Positions 1-10,945 of a stretch of DNA of 64,000 nt are shown here, piece by piece. Numbering within the stretch: position 1 is the first letter of the stretch; the number at the start of each line of letters is the position of its first letter. Position numbers and translations under genes: made by a program. Source of the stretch: an uncultured cyanobacterium (GTDB lineage Bacteria; Cyanobacteriota; Cyanobacteriia; PCC-6307; Cyanobiaceae); assembly GCA_963697335.1 (NCBI GenBank), contig CAVONQ010000009.1:1-64000 (forward strand), written 5' to 3'. The notes under the pieces are model-generated. The model did no database searches, was not told where the DNA came from, and saw nothing but the letters and a program-made list of their open reading frames with translations.

Positions 1-1
1 C

Positions 2-2636
2 CGCGCCTGCGACATCCTGCGGGGCAACATGGATGCGTCGGAGTACAAGGAATATCATCTTCGGCATGCTGTTCCTGAAACGGCTGTCCGACCAGTTCGA
101 TGCGGAGCGCGGGCAGCTGGCGCAAGGACTACGAGCGCAAGGGGATGCGGGCCGACCTGATCGACCGGCAGCTCGCCAACCCCGACAAGTACGACTTCTT
201 CGTTCCCGAGAAGGCCCACTGGACCAAGATCAAGCACCTCAAGCAATCGGTCGGCTCCGGGCTGAACAAGGCGCTGGCCGCCATCGAGGACGCCAACCCG
301 ACACGCTGCAGGACGTGCTCAAGGGCATCAACTTCAACCGCAAGGTCGGCCAGCGCACCCTGGACGACAGTACGCTGGTCGAGTTCATCCAGCACTTCGA
401 CCAGATCCCGCTGTCCAACGACGACTTCGAGTTCCCCGACCTGCTGGGCGCCGCCTACGAGTACCTGATCAAGTACTTTGCCGACTCGTGCCGGCAAGAA
501 GGCCGGCGAGTTCTACACGCCCGCCGAGGTGGTGCGCACGATGGTTCCAGTCGATCGAGCCGCAGGAAGGGATGAGCGTCTACGACCCGGCCTGCGGCTC
601 GGGCGGCATGCTGATCCAGTCCAAGCAGTACGTGCAGGAGATGCGGCGGCGATCCCGCGGAACCTCTCGCTGGCCGGGCAGGAGAGCATCGGCGGCACGT
701 GGGCCATCTGCAAGATGAACATGATCCTGCACGGCATCCGCACGCCGACATCCGGCAGGAAGACACGATCAGACAGCCGCAGCACCTGGACGAGCAACGG
801 CGAGCTGAAACGCTTCGATCGTGTCATCGCCAATCCGCCGTTCTCGCAGAACTATATCCAGAAGGACATGGAGTTCCCGGCGCTTCGCATGTCTCTGCCC
901 GAGACGGGCAAGAAGGCTGACCTGATGTTCGTGCAGCACATGGTCGCCTCGCTCAAGGGCGACGGCAAGATGGCCGTGGTCATGCCCCACGGCGTCCTGT
1001 TCCGCGGCGGCGAAGAGCGTGAGACACGCGCGCCACTTCATCGAGGACGCGGCTGGCTCGAGGCGATCATCGGCTTGCCGGCGGGCCTGTTTTACGGCAC
1101 CAGTATCCCGGCTTGCGTGCTGGTGCTGAACAAGAAGGATGGACCACAAGCGCAAGCACGTCGCTGTTCATCAACGCCGACCGCGACTACCGCGAAGGCA
1201 AGGCGCAGAACTTCCTGCGCGCCGAGGACATCTCCCGCATCGTCCACGCCTACCGCACCCTCAGCACCGGCGATCACGATGAGTTTCCCGGCTACGCACG
1301 CCGCGTGCCCGTGGAGGAGATCGAGGGTGAGGAGTTCAACTGCAATATCCGCCGCTACGTGGACAACGCCCCACCCCCGGAGCCCCACGATGTGCGCGCC
1401 CATCTTCACGGTGGCGTTCCCAAGAGCGAGATCGACGCCCTCGAGCACTTCTGGGCAAACTACCCTGACCTCCGGGCAAGGAGCTTCCAGCCGAGATCAG
1501 GCAGCAGCGCCTACCTCGACTTCTCGCCCGAGGCAACCAATCGCCGCGCTTTGGCCGACATCGTGAACGGTGACAAGAGCGTTGCGGCCGCCCACGAAGC
1601 CTTCCTTGAGACCCTCGAAGCATGGTGGGTCAAGCACCTTCCGGCAATCGAGGCGCTCGCGCCCAGCAATGGCAAGAAGGGCAACGTCTACGAGCTGCGC
1701 CGTAGCTTGCTCGCTTCCATTGAGCAGACCTTCGACGGCAGCAAGCTTCTCACCGGTCACCAGATCCGCGGCGCCTTCGCCCGCTACGTCGATGAACTAA
1801 AGGCAGACCTCAAGTCCATTGCTGCCAGCGGCTGGGGTCCCGAGCTCATCCCCGACGCCGACATCTTGGAGAGTCAGTTCCCCGAGGTCCTCGCGGAGAT
1901 GGAAGAGAAGCGCACCCGGCTCGCCGAGCTGGCTGCAATGTTCGCGGCAGCCGATGAGGAGGACTACGAAGAAGACGACGACGTCGGCGTGCTGCCGGGC
2001 GATCAGGTCAAGGCGCTCAAGGACGAGCTGAAGGAGCTGAACGCCACCTGGAAGACGGCGCTCAAGGAGCTGAAGGCCCTCGTCACGGACTTGTTCACCG
2101 AGATGAAGGTGGCCGGTGTTGTACCGAAGGGCGTGAAGAAGAGCGACGCCTCCCGCGGCATGTCGGCCAAGGATGCCGACTTCAGCGCCGGGCAGGTCAT
2201 CCTTGACCTGGCAGCGAACGCCAACTTCACATCGGAACTGGTCGATTCCGTTCGCGAGCGAATGCAGGATGGTCGCGAAGCCCTGGAGCGTGCCAGAGCT
2301 CGCGAGTTCCGGCTGGTACGCCACAAGGGCCTCGAGGACGAAGCCAAGCAGCTCAAGGCCGACCTGCGCGCGACCGAGAAGATACAGGACGACCTTGTCG
2401 AGGCCGCCCGCGAGAAGATCGGCCGCGACGAAGCGCGCAAGGACATCATCGACCGGCTGCATCGCCTGCTCGTGCAGACCTACGAGTCATACTTGCGTGC
2501 AGACCAGCGAGCATGTCTTGCTGCGCTGGAGAACTTGCACGCCAAGTACGCCACGACCGCGACCGACATCGAACAGCGCCGCAATGCGGCAACGGCCAAG
2601 TTGAAGGCATTCCTCGGGGAGCTTGGCTATGCGTGA
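2..2636 (+). CDS. hsdM: Type I restriction-modification methyltransferase HsdM; 5' end outside window; multiple frameshifts in first ~1.15 kb; long helical C-terminal extension
   Basis: HsdM motifs spread over frames: RACDILRGNMDASEYKEY (from nt 2), FGMLFLKRLSD, DLLGAAYEYLIKYFAD, GEFYTP, YDPACGSGG (SAM motif I, ORF 488..718), ANPPF (motif IV) and MPHGVLFRGG (ORF 478..1566). Continuous frame from 1113 to 2636. Confidence 0.9.
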
Positions 2637-3948
2637 TTGGCGAACCGAACTGCTGGAACGCATTGCCGAGATTCGTTCCAGCAACGTCGACAAGAAGACA
2701 AATCCCGCCGAAGAGCCGGTTCGTCTATGCAACTACATGGACGTGTACTCGCGCGAGTACATCACCGAAGATATTGATTTCATGGAGGCGACGGCCACGC
2801 CCTCTGAGATCCAGCGTTTCGGGATCGAGCGTGGCGACGTCTTGATCACGAAGGATTCGGAGACTCCAGACGACATCGGTATTCCCACATTCGTTGTCGA
2901 TGACATACCGAAGCTTGTCTGTGGTTACCACGTAGCCCTGATCAAGCCGAACCGAGCCGAGGTTGATCCTCTCTACCTCGCCAAGCAGCTCGGGCTTTCG
3001 GGCACCGCTCGCTACTACGGGCGGCTCGCGAACGGGTCCACGAGGTACGGCCTCTCCTACCAATCCATCGCACGAACCCCGATACGTCTGGCGCCGCTGC
3101 CGCAACAGCAGCGAATCGCCGAGATCCTTTCGACGGTCGACGAGGCCATCGAGCAGACGGAAGTGCTGATCGCCAAGACGCAGCAGATCAAGGCAGGCCT
3201 GATGCACGACCTCTTCACCCGAGGCGTTACCGCGGACGGCCAGCTCCGTCCACCACGCGAGGAGGCGCCGCAGCTCTACAAGGAGTCGCCGCTGGGATGG
3301 ATTCCGAAGGAGTGGGAGGTCGAAACCCTCGACCAGATTCGGGTCCCTCGCCAGACCATTACCTATGGCGTCCTGAAACCTGGCCCATTCGTTGAAAACG
3401 GTATTCCTCTCCTTCAGATCGAAGACGTTATTCATGGAGCACTCGATTTTGCGAAAGTGCACCGCATCTCAGCCAAACTGGATGCGGAGTACTCACGCAC
3501 CCGTGTGAACGGCGGAGAGATAGTGATCTCTCTCGTTGGCACAATAGGTCGAGTCGCCCATCTTCCCAGGCCAATAGAGCTGTCCAACCTGCATCGCAAT
3601 CTTGGTCTGATCGCGATTGCTGAAGATGAAATCCCTCGGTTCTTCTTCTACTATCTCCAGTCTTGGGCTTGCACAAGGCTGCTCGCACAAACGACCCTTG
3701 GCTCAACTCAAGCGCTTCTCAACCTGGGAAGCCTGCGCGTCCTCCCCACTCCTGTCCCAACACGCAGGGAAAGGCAGAGAATTGCGGATGCGCTCGATGC
3801 AGTCAGCGTGGCGCAGGAAGATGGTGCCAACGAGCTTCGCAAGCTGCAGCAGATCAGGGCGGCTCTGATGCAAGACCTCCTGTCCGGCCGCGTCCACGTC
3901 GCGGTTGAGCGTGCACCGGAGCCCAATGAGGTCGCAGCCAGTGTCTGA
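2629..3948 (+). CDS. hsdS: Type I RM specificity subunit HsdS
   Basis: Two TRDs with conserved spacers (PLPQQQRIAEILSTVDEAI...KAGLMHDLFTRG; SPLGWIPKEWEV; ERQRIADAL...ALMQDLLSGRV). ATG at 2629 overlaps the hsdM end. Confidence 0.93.
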   Translation: MRDWRTELLERIAEIRSSNVDKKTNPAEEPVRLCNYMDVYSREYITEDIDFMEATATPSEIQRFGIERGDVLITKDSETPDDIGIPTFVVDDIPKLVCGYHVALIKPNRAEVDPLYLAKQLGLSGTARYYGRLANGSTRYGLSYQSIARTPIRLAPLPQQQRIAEILSTVDEAIEQTEVLIAKTQQIKAGLMHDLFTRGVTADGQLRPPREEAPQLYKESPLGWIPKEWEVETLDQIRVPRQTITYGVLKPGPFVENGIPLLQIEDVIHGALDFAKVHRISAKLDAEYSRTRVNGGEIVISLVGTIGRVAHLPRPIELSNLHRNLGLIAIAEDEIPRFFFYYLQSWACTRLLAQTTLGSTQALLNLGSLRVLPTPVPTRRERQRIADALDAVSVAQEDGANELRKLQQIRAALMQDLLSGRVHVAVERAPEPNEVAASV

Positions 3949-6900
3949 ATACCTCCACGTCGAGAAGCCGTTCCTTCAGCAGCTCGCCGCCCTTGGCTGG
4001 AAAGTCATCGACCAGGGCCAGGGGTTCATCCCCTCGGACCCGTCGAAGAGCCTGCGCACAAGCTTCCGCGAGTGGTTTCTCCCCGAGGTCTTCCTCGCCG
4101 CTGTTCGCGCCATCAACCTGTCGCCTGACGGCAAGCCCTGGCTCACCGATCGACAGCTCGACGACTTGCGCGATCAGATCCTTCGACAGCCCAACCGCAC
4201 GTTGCTGGAGGCTAACGAGACAACACAGGGGCTCTTCCTCAAGGCCCAGGTGGACCGCAACGAAATCACTGGCGAGGCCGATCCAGTCGTCACGCTCATC
4301 GACTTTGCGCACCCCGAGCGCAACCAGTTCCACGCCATCAACCAGTTTCGCGTCGACACACCGGGCTGTGTGAAGAGCTGCATCATCCCGGACATCGTCC
4401 TCTTCGTGAACGGGATTCCGCTCGTGGTGGTCGAAGCGAAGATCGGCGATCCCAATACCGCCAACCCCCTGCACGCGGCCTACGAGCAGCTTCTCCGCTA
4501 CCGCAACGGACGGCCCGAGACCATCAAGTCGGGCCTGCGCGAGGGCGAGCCGCGGCTCTTCTACACCAACCTGCTGCTGGTCCGAACCTGCGGCGAGAAG
4601 GCCGAATTCGGCTCGATCACCTCGGGCCACGAGCACTTCTACGCCTGGAAGGACATCTGGCCTGAGAGCAACCAGGTCTACACGCCGCCGCTGGGCGTGG
4701 AGCGTGAACAGGAGAAGCTCATCCAGGGGTTGCTCTCGCCTGCCACCCTGCTCGACGTGCTGCGTACGTGCACGGTGTTCATGGACACCGATTCGGGCCG
4801 GCGTATCAAGGTCGTCTGCCGCTACCAGCAGTACCGCGCGGCCCGGAAGATCGTCGATCGTTTGCGCGCAGGCAAGACACCGGAATCGCGCTCGGGCGTC
4901 GTCTGGCACACCCAGGGCTCGGGCAAGTCGTTGACCATGGTCTTCGTGGCCCGCATGCTGCGCGCCGCATCTGACCTCAAAGACTTCAAGATCCTGCTCG
5001 TCAACGACCGGGTCGACCTAGAGGAGCAACTCTCCGGCACCGCCAAGCTCATCGGCGGCAAGGTCAACGTCATCGAGAGCACGGCCCAGCTCCGCGAGCA
5101 CCTGAGCACCGGCGCCTCCGACATCAACATGGTGATGGTGCACAAGTTCACCGAGCGCACCGAGGCGCTACCGAAAGCCGTCGCCCAGGCTCTCACCTAC
5201 GGCGCCAAGCCGCTGCCCGAACCGGGGGGGCCCAAGGCTGCCGCCTCCGGTGGTGTGCCTTACCGGGTCATTCCTTCGAGCAAGACCTTCGGGGTGGTGA
5301 ACCCGTCTGAGCGCATCATCCTGATGATCGACGAGGCCCACCGGACCCAGGGCTCTGACCTCGGGGACAACCTCTTCGAGGCGTTCCCCAACGCCACCCG
5401 CATCGCTTTTACCGGAACTCCGCTCATCGCCGAGCAGCACGGCACCAAGCGCACGGTGAAGCGCTTTGGTGAATACATCGACACCTACAAGCTGATGGAC
5501 GCCGTCCACGACGGCGCCACGCTGCAGATCCTCTACGAGGGCCGTACCGCCGACACGGCCCTCAAGGACAAGCACGGCTTCGACACCAAGTTCGAGGACC
5601 TCTTCAAGGAGCGCACCGAGGAAGAGATCCTCGCCATCAAGAAGAAGTATGGGGCTACCGGCGATCTCCTCGAGGCCGAGAAGCGCATTGAGGCCATCGC
5701 GAAGGACCTGGTCGACCACTACATCGACAACATCCTGCCTGACGGCTTCAAGGCCCAGGTTGTCTGCCACTCGAAGCTGGCCGCCATCCGCTACCAGAAG
5801 GCGATTCGGCAGGCACTCGCGGAGCGCCTCGAGCGAGAGAAGCTGAAGCCAGAGCCCGACACCGACCTTATCCGGCGCATCGAGTTCTTGAGGGTGGGCG
5901 TCGTGGTCTCGTCGGACCCGACGAACGAGACCGCTGCTATCACCGAGGCCCGCAAGGAAGCGAAGCGCTGGAACGTGGTGGAGAACTTTTGCCGCCCCTT
6001 CGATTTCGAAGACCACGACAAGGCCCTCACCGGCGTCGCCTTCCTGGTCGTGTGCGACATGCTGCTCACCGGCTTCGATGCCCCCATCGAGCAGGTGATG
6101 TACATCGATAAGAAGCTGCGCGAGCACAACCTGCTGCAGGCCATCGCACGCGTGAACCGGGTGGCGACCAACAAGCATCGGGGGTTTATCGTTGACTACA
6201 TCGGCCTAGCCAATCACCTGACAAGCGCACTCTCCATCTACTCGGAAGAAGACGCCCAGGACATCCACGATGGGCTGAAGAGCGTCCTCAGCGAGATGCC
6301 AATTCTCGAAGAGCGCTACCAGCGACTCCTGCAGCACTTCATTGCCGCCGGCGTGGGCAACATCTGGGCCTTCATCCAGGGCCAGCTTGGATCTCCTGAT
6401 GCCGACGTTGCCGTGATCCACGCGGCCGTCGGTGCGATGAACGACATCAAGCGTCGGGCAGACTTCGAGGTCTACCTGAAGAAGTTTCTTCAGAGCCTCA
6501 ATCTCATTCTGCCGAATCCCGCCGGCCACCCTTATCGTGGGGCCGCGCGCCGTTTCGGGTACCTGCTGCGGATGGTCAAGGAGCGCTACAAGGACGAGTC
6601 CCTCGACATAACCGCCGCCGGCGAGAAGGTGAAAGCGCTCATCAATGAGCACCTCGTCGACCTAGGTATCAACCCGAAGATCCCGCCCGTCGAATTGCTG
6701 TCTGACGAGTTCATCTCGCATGTGCACAAGCACTCCCAAGGCAACGACGAGGCTAAGGCGAGCGAGATGGAGCACGCCATTCGCAAGCACTGCACGGTCC
6801 ACTTCGAAGAAGACCCAGCCTTCTATACCAAACTCAGTGAGAAGCTGGAGAAGCTCATCGAGCAGCATCGCGACAACTGGAAGTCGCTGTCTGATGACCT

Positions 6901-7255
6901 CGAGCAACTGCGCAAGGAGGCCATCGAGGGTCGATCCGTCCCCGTCGAAGGGCTCACCAAGGAGGCCACTACCTTCTACGACTACGTGCTGCAACTCGCC
7001 TACGACGACGCCAATGTGCCGGCCGAAGACCGAGCACCGCTGAAGAGCCTGATGCTGCTGATCGTGCAGATGCTGCAGGATACAATCGACGTGCTCGACT
7101 TCTGGAAGAAGCCTATCGAGGTGAAGAAGCTACGCGGTAACATCGATACCGAGATTCTCCTTGCGAACATCCCAGCGCTTATCGACAAGCATGAGCGACT
7201 TGCGGTCGAGATTGTGAAGCTCGCGGAGAAGCGCCACCAGGAGTTGGTCAAGTGA
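3941..7255 (+). CDS. hsdR: Type I RM restriction subunit HsdR
   Basis: PDIVLFVNGIPLVVVEAK nuclease motif; WHTQGSGKS, IDEAHR, FTGTP, MLLTGFDAP and LQAIARVNR helicase motifs. GTG at 3941. Confidence 0.95.
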   Translation: MSEYLHVEKPFLQQLAALGWKVIDQGQGFIPSDPSKSLRTSFREWFLPEVFLAAVRAINLSPDGKPWLTDRQLDDLRDQILRQPNRTLLEANETTQGLFLKAQVDRNEITGEADPVVTLIDFAHPERNQFHAINQFRVDTPGCVKSCIIPDIVLFVNGIPLVVVEAKIGDPNTANPLHAAYEQLLRYRNGRPETIKSGLREGEPRLFYTNLLLVRTCGEKAEFGSITSGHEHFYAWKDIWPESNQVYTPPLGVEREQEKLIQGLLSPATLLDVLRTCTVFMDTDSGRRIKVVCRYQQYRAARKIVDRLRAGKTPESRSGVVWHTQGSGKSLTMVFVARMLRAASDLKDFKILLVNDRVDLEEQLSGTAKLIGGKVNVIESTAQLREHLSTGASDINMVMVHKFTERTEALPKAVAQALTYGAKPLPEPGGPKAAASGGVPYRVIPSSKTFGVVNPSERIILMIDEAHRTQGSDLGDNLFEAFPNATRIAFTGTPLIAEQHGTKRTVKRFGEYIDTYKLMDAVHDGATLQILYEGRTADTALKDKHGFDTKFEDLFKERTEEEILAIKKKYGATGDLLEAEKRIEAIAKDLVDHYIDNILPDGFKAQVVCHSKLAAIRYQKAIRQALAERLEREKLKPEPDTDLIRRIEFLRVGVVVSSDPTNETAAITEARKEAKRWNVVENFCRPFDFEDHDKALTGVAFLVVCDMLLTGFDAPIEQVMYIDKKLREHNLLQAIARVNRVATNKHRGFIVDYIGLANHLTSALSIYSEEDAQDIHDGLKSVLSEMPILEERYQRLLQHFIAAGVGNIWAFIQGQLGSPDADVAVIHAAVGAMNDIKRRADFEVYLKKFLQSLNLILPNPAGHPYRGAARRFGYLLRMVKERYKDESLDITAAGEKVKALINEHLVDLGINPKIPPVELLSDEFISHVHKHSQGNDEAKASEMEHAIRKHCTVHFEEDPAFYTKLSEKLEKLIEQHRDNWKSLSDDLEQLRKEAIEGRSVPVEGLTKEATTFYDYVLQLAYDDANVPAEDRAPLKSLMLLIVQMLQDTIDVLDFWKKPIEVKKLRGNIDTEILLANIPALIDKHERLAVEIVKLAEKRHQELVK

Positions 7256-7956
7256 AGTCGTCGCAAGAAAACCCGATTCACTTCCAGATAATCCGCAGCT
7301 GCCGCGCAACAGCGGACATCATCATTGAACGCGACGGAGCCGTCATTGTTCGAGCCCCAGAGTGGGCTACTGATGAGCAGGTGGCGACACTTGTTGAGTC
7401 AAAGTCCTCCTCGATTTACCAGGGCCTTGCTGATTGGCGCGAACTCAATGCAACCAGAGTGCAACGCGAGTACAAGAATGGTGAAGGCTTCCTGTACCTG
7501 GGCCGCTCTTATCGGCTGCTGATTGTCAGCGGCCAAGAGGAAGCCTTGCAGCTCAAGAACGGCCGTTTTAGCCTCCATTGCGATCTCTTGGATGAAGGGA
7601 AGATCGATGCAGCCAAAAGTGCCTTCCAAACCTTCTACATTACCAAGGGTCTTCGCCGTCTACGCAGCCGGGTCGACTACTACGCTCCGAAGGTCGGCGT
7701 GGAGCCGACAGGCGTCGAGGTGAAGGAGCTTGGACACCGATGGGCATCCTGCTCTACATCAGGGAAGCTCTCCTTTCACTGGAAGTGCATGATGGCCCCT
7801 CAGACCATCATCGACTACATCGTCGTCCACGAGCTCTGCCACTTCCACCACCGAGACCACACGGACGCCTTCTGGAACGAGGTCGACAAGGTGATGCCCG
7901 ACTTCCGCGAGCGGAAGGAGTGGCTACGCAAGAATGGGGCGGGGCTTGATATCTGA
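7252..7956 (+). CDS. M48/YgjP-like (DUF45) metal-dependent hydrolase, commonly found after hsdR
   Basis: RWASCS and IDYIVVHELCH (HExxH), H..AFW motifs. GTGA overlap with the hsdR stop. Confidence 0.88.
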   Translation: MKSSQENPIHFQIIRSCRATADIIIERDGAVIVRAPEWATDEQVATLVESKSSSIYQGLADWRELNATRVQREYKNGEGFLYLGRSYRLLIVSGQEEALQLKNGRFSLHCDLLDEGKIDAAKSAFQTFYITKGLRRLRSRVDYYAPKVGVEPTGVEVKELGHRWASCSTSGKLSFHWKCMMAPQTIIDYIVVHELCHFHHRDHTDAFWNEVDKVMPDFRERKEWLRKNGAGLDI

Positions 7957-7961
7957 GCCAT

Positions 7962-8055
7962 GAGCCGCATAAGCCCCTCGAGTGGACAGGCCACCACCAG
8001 CCCTTGGCATCACCGCCCTGGTTTCATTGCCTGCCACTCAGGGGCAGCGTTGCCA
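7962..8055 (+). repeat. attC-like (integron cassette recombination site-like) imperfect inverted repeat
   Basis: GCCCCTcGAGTGGaCAGGC (7973-7991) pairs with GCCTGCCACTCAGGGGC (8029-8045), leaving two unpaired bases. GTT follows at 8049; the left AAC box is degenerate. Confidence 0.55.
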
Positions 8056-8274
8056 TGCAGCTGAACTCTTCTAAATCGATTCCATTCATGTAAGGCCAAT
8101 GATAGTCAGAAGGGGAACCCAAGCCATGCTCAAAACCTCCATCAAGTGGCCTGAAAGGCATCAGGTAGCTTCCCAGTTTTGTTTTCCGCAGACCCGAACA
8201 AGTGCAGCCCTGAACCGCCGCCCTTCCTGCCTACAGGACTTTCAACTGTCTTGGAATGGTTGAAACCAATTCAA

Positions 8275-8359
8275 CGGAGAGGGCGGGATTCGAACCCGCG
8301 GAAGGTTTCCCTTCGCCGGTTTTCAAGACCGGAGCCATCAACCACTCGACCACCTCTCC
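8275..8359 (-). tRNA. trnS: tRNA-Ser (TGA anticodon)
   Basis: Minus strand GGAGAGGTGGTCGAGTGGTTGATGGCTCCGGTCTTGAAAACCGGCGAAGGGAAACCTTCCGCGGGTTCGAATCCCGCCCTCTCCG. Cloverleaf with long variable arm and GTTCGAATC T-loop; CCA not encoded. Confidence 0.96.
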
Positions 8360-8405
8360 AATCCCCGGCCCGTGGGCCGGGAGCCACTATCTTCCCACGG
8401 GAGGC

Positions 8406-10787
8406 TCAGGGCTTGGCCAGGGGCAGCAGACACTTGTCCGAGTCGCAGCCGGCCGGGCCGGCCTCCTGCAGTTCGCCGCCGTCGTAGCGCTGCAGGGCCT
8501 CGAAGAAGTCGGCGGTGCGGCGACGGGCGGCCACCTCGCTGTTCAGGCGTTCGTAGGTGGCCAGGTCGATCGGCTCGAACGGCAGCCGCGGGAAGGTGGC
8601 GTTGGCATCGAAGCGGGCCAGCAGGGCGGCTGAGATGTAGCCCTGGCCGCCCTCGATCGCCCGGTGGATGGCCTCGGCCAGCGGTTCGATCTCGTTCTCG
8701 CGGAACTCCACCGTGGCCGAGGTGTTGTGGGCCGTGTAGTGCTGCTGCACCTGCATGTAGAAGTCGAACTGGGCCAGGGCCGAGAAGTTGTTGATCTCCA
8801 CCGCATCGGCACCGGGGATGTTGGCCCAGCTCACTTCGGTGGGGATTTCCACCAGCCACTCCGTGCAGCGGGGATCGAAGGGATCATCCAGCAGCCGGCC
8901 CTGCTCGTCCTTGTCGCTCTGGGAGGGCACGATCGCGTAGCCGTAGTCGAGGCAGGCCAGGGCCACCGGATCGTTCTTGCGGAAGGTGATGCGGCGCAGG
9001 AAGCGCTGGGCCTTGGGCGGGTGCCAGCCGGGGGAGGCGCCGGTGAGCAGGCTCTTGGTGCCGGCCGGTTGCACCGTGGTGCAGCGGTTGGGGCGGCGCA
9101 GGCCGTGGCGGTCGCAGTATTCCCACACCGCCTCGTTCACGATCCGCTTCCAGCGGGCCAGGTAGTCGGCCTCCTGGGCGCGGAAGGTGCGGCCCTCCTC
9201 GCTGTCGGGGCGGCCCGCTTCCCACCAGCGCAGCCAGGGGGTGCCGAAGGCATGCACGAAGAAGTCGAACAGGCCCGTGAAGCTCACCCCCACGATCGGA
9301 TCCCAGGCGCGGCTCTGGCGGTAGCGCTCCACCTCGAAGCGGTGGTTGAGCAGGCAGGCCACCGAGATGGCGCCGGCGCGGAAGGCGTCTTCCTGGGCCT
9401 GGAAATCGGTGGGGTGGATCTGGTTGAGGTGGATCTCGGCCAGGTTGCAGTGGAAGTCGGCGCCGAGGATTTCGCCGCAGGGGTTGAGGCCGTAGCGGCC
9501 GAGGCGGTGCTCCAGCTCATCGGCCTCGATGCCGGGGTGGTGCTGTTGCAGCCAGGCGCCGGCCCGCTCGCGGCCCTGCTCGCAGTAGAGGGCGATGAAC
9601 TCCTGGCGCAGCTCGGGCGTGGGCAGCAGATCGGCATTGGAGCGGGCGATCGCCTCGGGGGCGAACTGGATCGCGCCTTCGCCGCTCTGGAACTGTTTGG
9701 TCACGGCCTCCAGCACCACAGCCCGGCTGGGCCGGGTGTGGAACACGCGGGTGTGGTTGGCCATGCGCAGCGAATCGCGCTCCGGATCGATGCTCCAGTT
9801 GCCCTCGCTGTCCTGCTGCCAGAGGTTGTCCTTGGCGGTGGAGGCGGCCAGGTCGTCGGCGGCGAACTGGCGCATGCCGGCGCTGCGGCGGATGTTGCCG
9901 GCCACGATCGTCACGGCGGCCTCATCGATCAGCAGGCAGCACTCCACCGAGGTGAGCTGGCGGCCGTTGGCGCGGTTGAGGATCTGGGCCACGCGGCCGT
10001 AGAGGTCCTTGAGCTTCACCGGGTTGGCCATCCCCCCGAAGCCCTTGAGGGTTTCCCCCACCGGGCGCACATCGGAGAGGTCCACGCTCACCTGGATCTC
10101 GCCCGGTGCGCCGTCCTGGCAGAAGCGCCCATCGCTGCTGAGCTCCAGCAGCAGCTGGTAGCTGTCCACCCAGCCGCGGCGGGTGTCGCCCACCTTGATG
10201 TGAACCCTGTTCCCCTCCACGCTGTGGCTGGTGTGCTCCTGGCGCTGGCCGGCAGGGGTGGAGCCGATGTCGGTCACGCTGCCCAGCACCAGCCGGTTGC
10301 GCAGCACCGGCAGGCGGTTGATCAGGTGCGGCTCGATGATGGCGCCGGTGCCGCAGCCCATCATCGCCAGGTCCATCATCAGCGCGAAGGCCTGCCAGTC
10401 CACCAGGTTGGTGGAGGTGCAGTTGTAGGAGCCGGAGAAGTTCTCGCTCCGCTCGATCCAGGGCGTGCCGCCGATCCACAGCCAGCGGCCGGAGGGCAGG
10501 GCCTTCTGCTGTTGCTGCATGCGCCGCAGCAACTGCACTTCCGCCTCGGTGAGGTGGCCCAGGCGCCGCAGGCCCTCCAGGTTGCGCTCGCCCACCTGCT
10601 GCCAGCTCTCGCGGCCCTCGGGCGTGCGGCGCGAATAGGTGCGGTAAAACACCGGGTTCGCCGCCGGCGCCGTGGCCGGGAAATCGCCGCCGGTCAGCGG
10701 GCCGGCCGGCGTGGCATCGGCGGCCGCATAACCCAGTTCGGCGGCCTGGCGGGCCGCATCCGACAGGGGTTGGGCGGAGAGGGTCAC
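8406..10787 (-). CDS. nrdJ: Adenosylcobalamin-dependent (class II) ribonucleotide reductase
   Basis: [45 protein letters not shown] and C-terminal GCDSDKC. Probable GTG start at 10787. Confidence 0.95.
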   Translation of the reverse strand: MTLSAQPLSDAARQAAELGYAAADATPAGPLTGGDFPATAPAANPVFYRTYSRRTPEGRESWQQVGERNLEGLRRLGHLTEAEVQLLRRMQQQQKALPSGRWLWIGGTPWIERSENFSGSYNCTSTNLVDWQAFALMMDLAMMGCGTGAIIEPHLINRLPVLRNRLVLGSVTDIGSTPAGQRQEHTSHSVEGNRVHIKVGDTRRGWVDSYQLLLELSSDGRFCQDGAPGEIQVSVDLSDVRPVGETLKGFGGMANPVKLKDLYGRVAQILNRANGRQLTSVECCLLIDEAAVTIVAGNIRRSAGMRQFAADDLAASTAKDNLWQQDSEGNWSIDPERDSLRMANHTRVFHTRPSRAVVLEAVTKQFQSGEGAIQFAPEAIARSNADLLPTPELRQEFIALYCEQGRERAGAWLQQHHPGIEADELEHRLGRYGLNPCGEILGADFHCNLAEIHLNQIHPTDFQAQEDAFRAGAISVACLLNHRFEVERYRQSRAWDPIVGVSFTGLFDFFVHAFGTPWLRWWEAGRPDSEEGRTFRAQEADYLARWKRIVNEAVWEYCDRHGLRRPNRCTTVQPAGTKSLLTGASPGWHPPKAQRFLRRITFRKNDPVALACLDYGYAIVPSQSDKDEQGRLLDDPFDPRCTEWLVEIPTEVSWANIPGADAVEINNFSALAQFDFYMQVQQHYTAHNTSATVEFRENEIEPLAEAIHRAIEGGQGYISAALLARFDANATFPRLPFEPIDLATYERLNSEVAARRRTADFFEALQRYDGGELQEAGPAGCDSDKCLLPLAKP

Positions 10788-10945
10788 GGCAGGGCGATCC
10801 GGGGGGTGGCCGCAACCATAACGCCACCAGTGGTGGCTGCAAGACGCCGTTGCCACCACAGCCAGCGTGGGGCCGAGACCGGCGACCCCAGGCGCCGCTG
10901 CGGGGCAGGACCCTGGCCCTGCCTTGGCTCTGGCAGGCTGGGGCC

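Larger units (their letters stand above)
1..8274. mobile_element. Right end of a tRNA-anchored genomic (defence) island
   Basis: RM cargo ends just 3' of tRNA-Ser. By eye its codon style (many CTC/GTC/ACG) differs from the CTG/GTG-rich host genes. No integrase in the window. Confidence 0.6.

Noticed and set aside
5195..5270. Pro/Gly/Ala-rich insert in HsdR (YGAKPLPEPGGPKAAASGG)
   Set aside because: Too short for an intein and lacks splice residues; likely a variable loop.
8406..10945. Possible intein in nrdJ or cobalamin riboswitch upstream
   Set aside because: Protein length is ordinary with no C...HN intein ends; the short intergenic region shows no recognisable B12 box.
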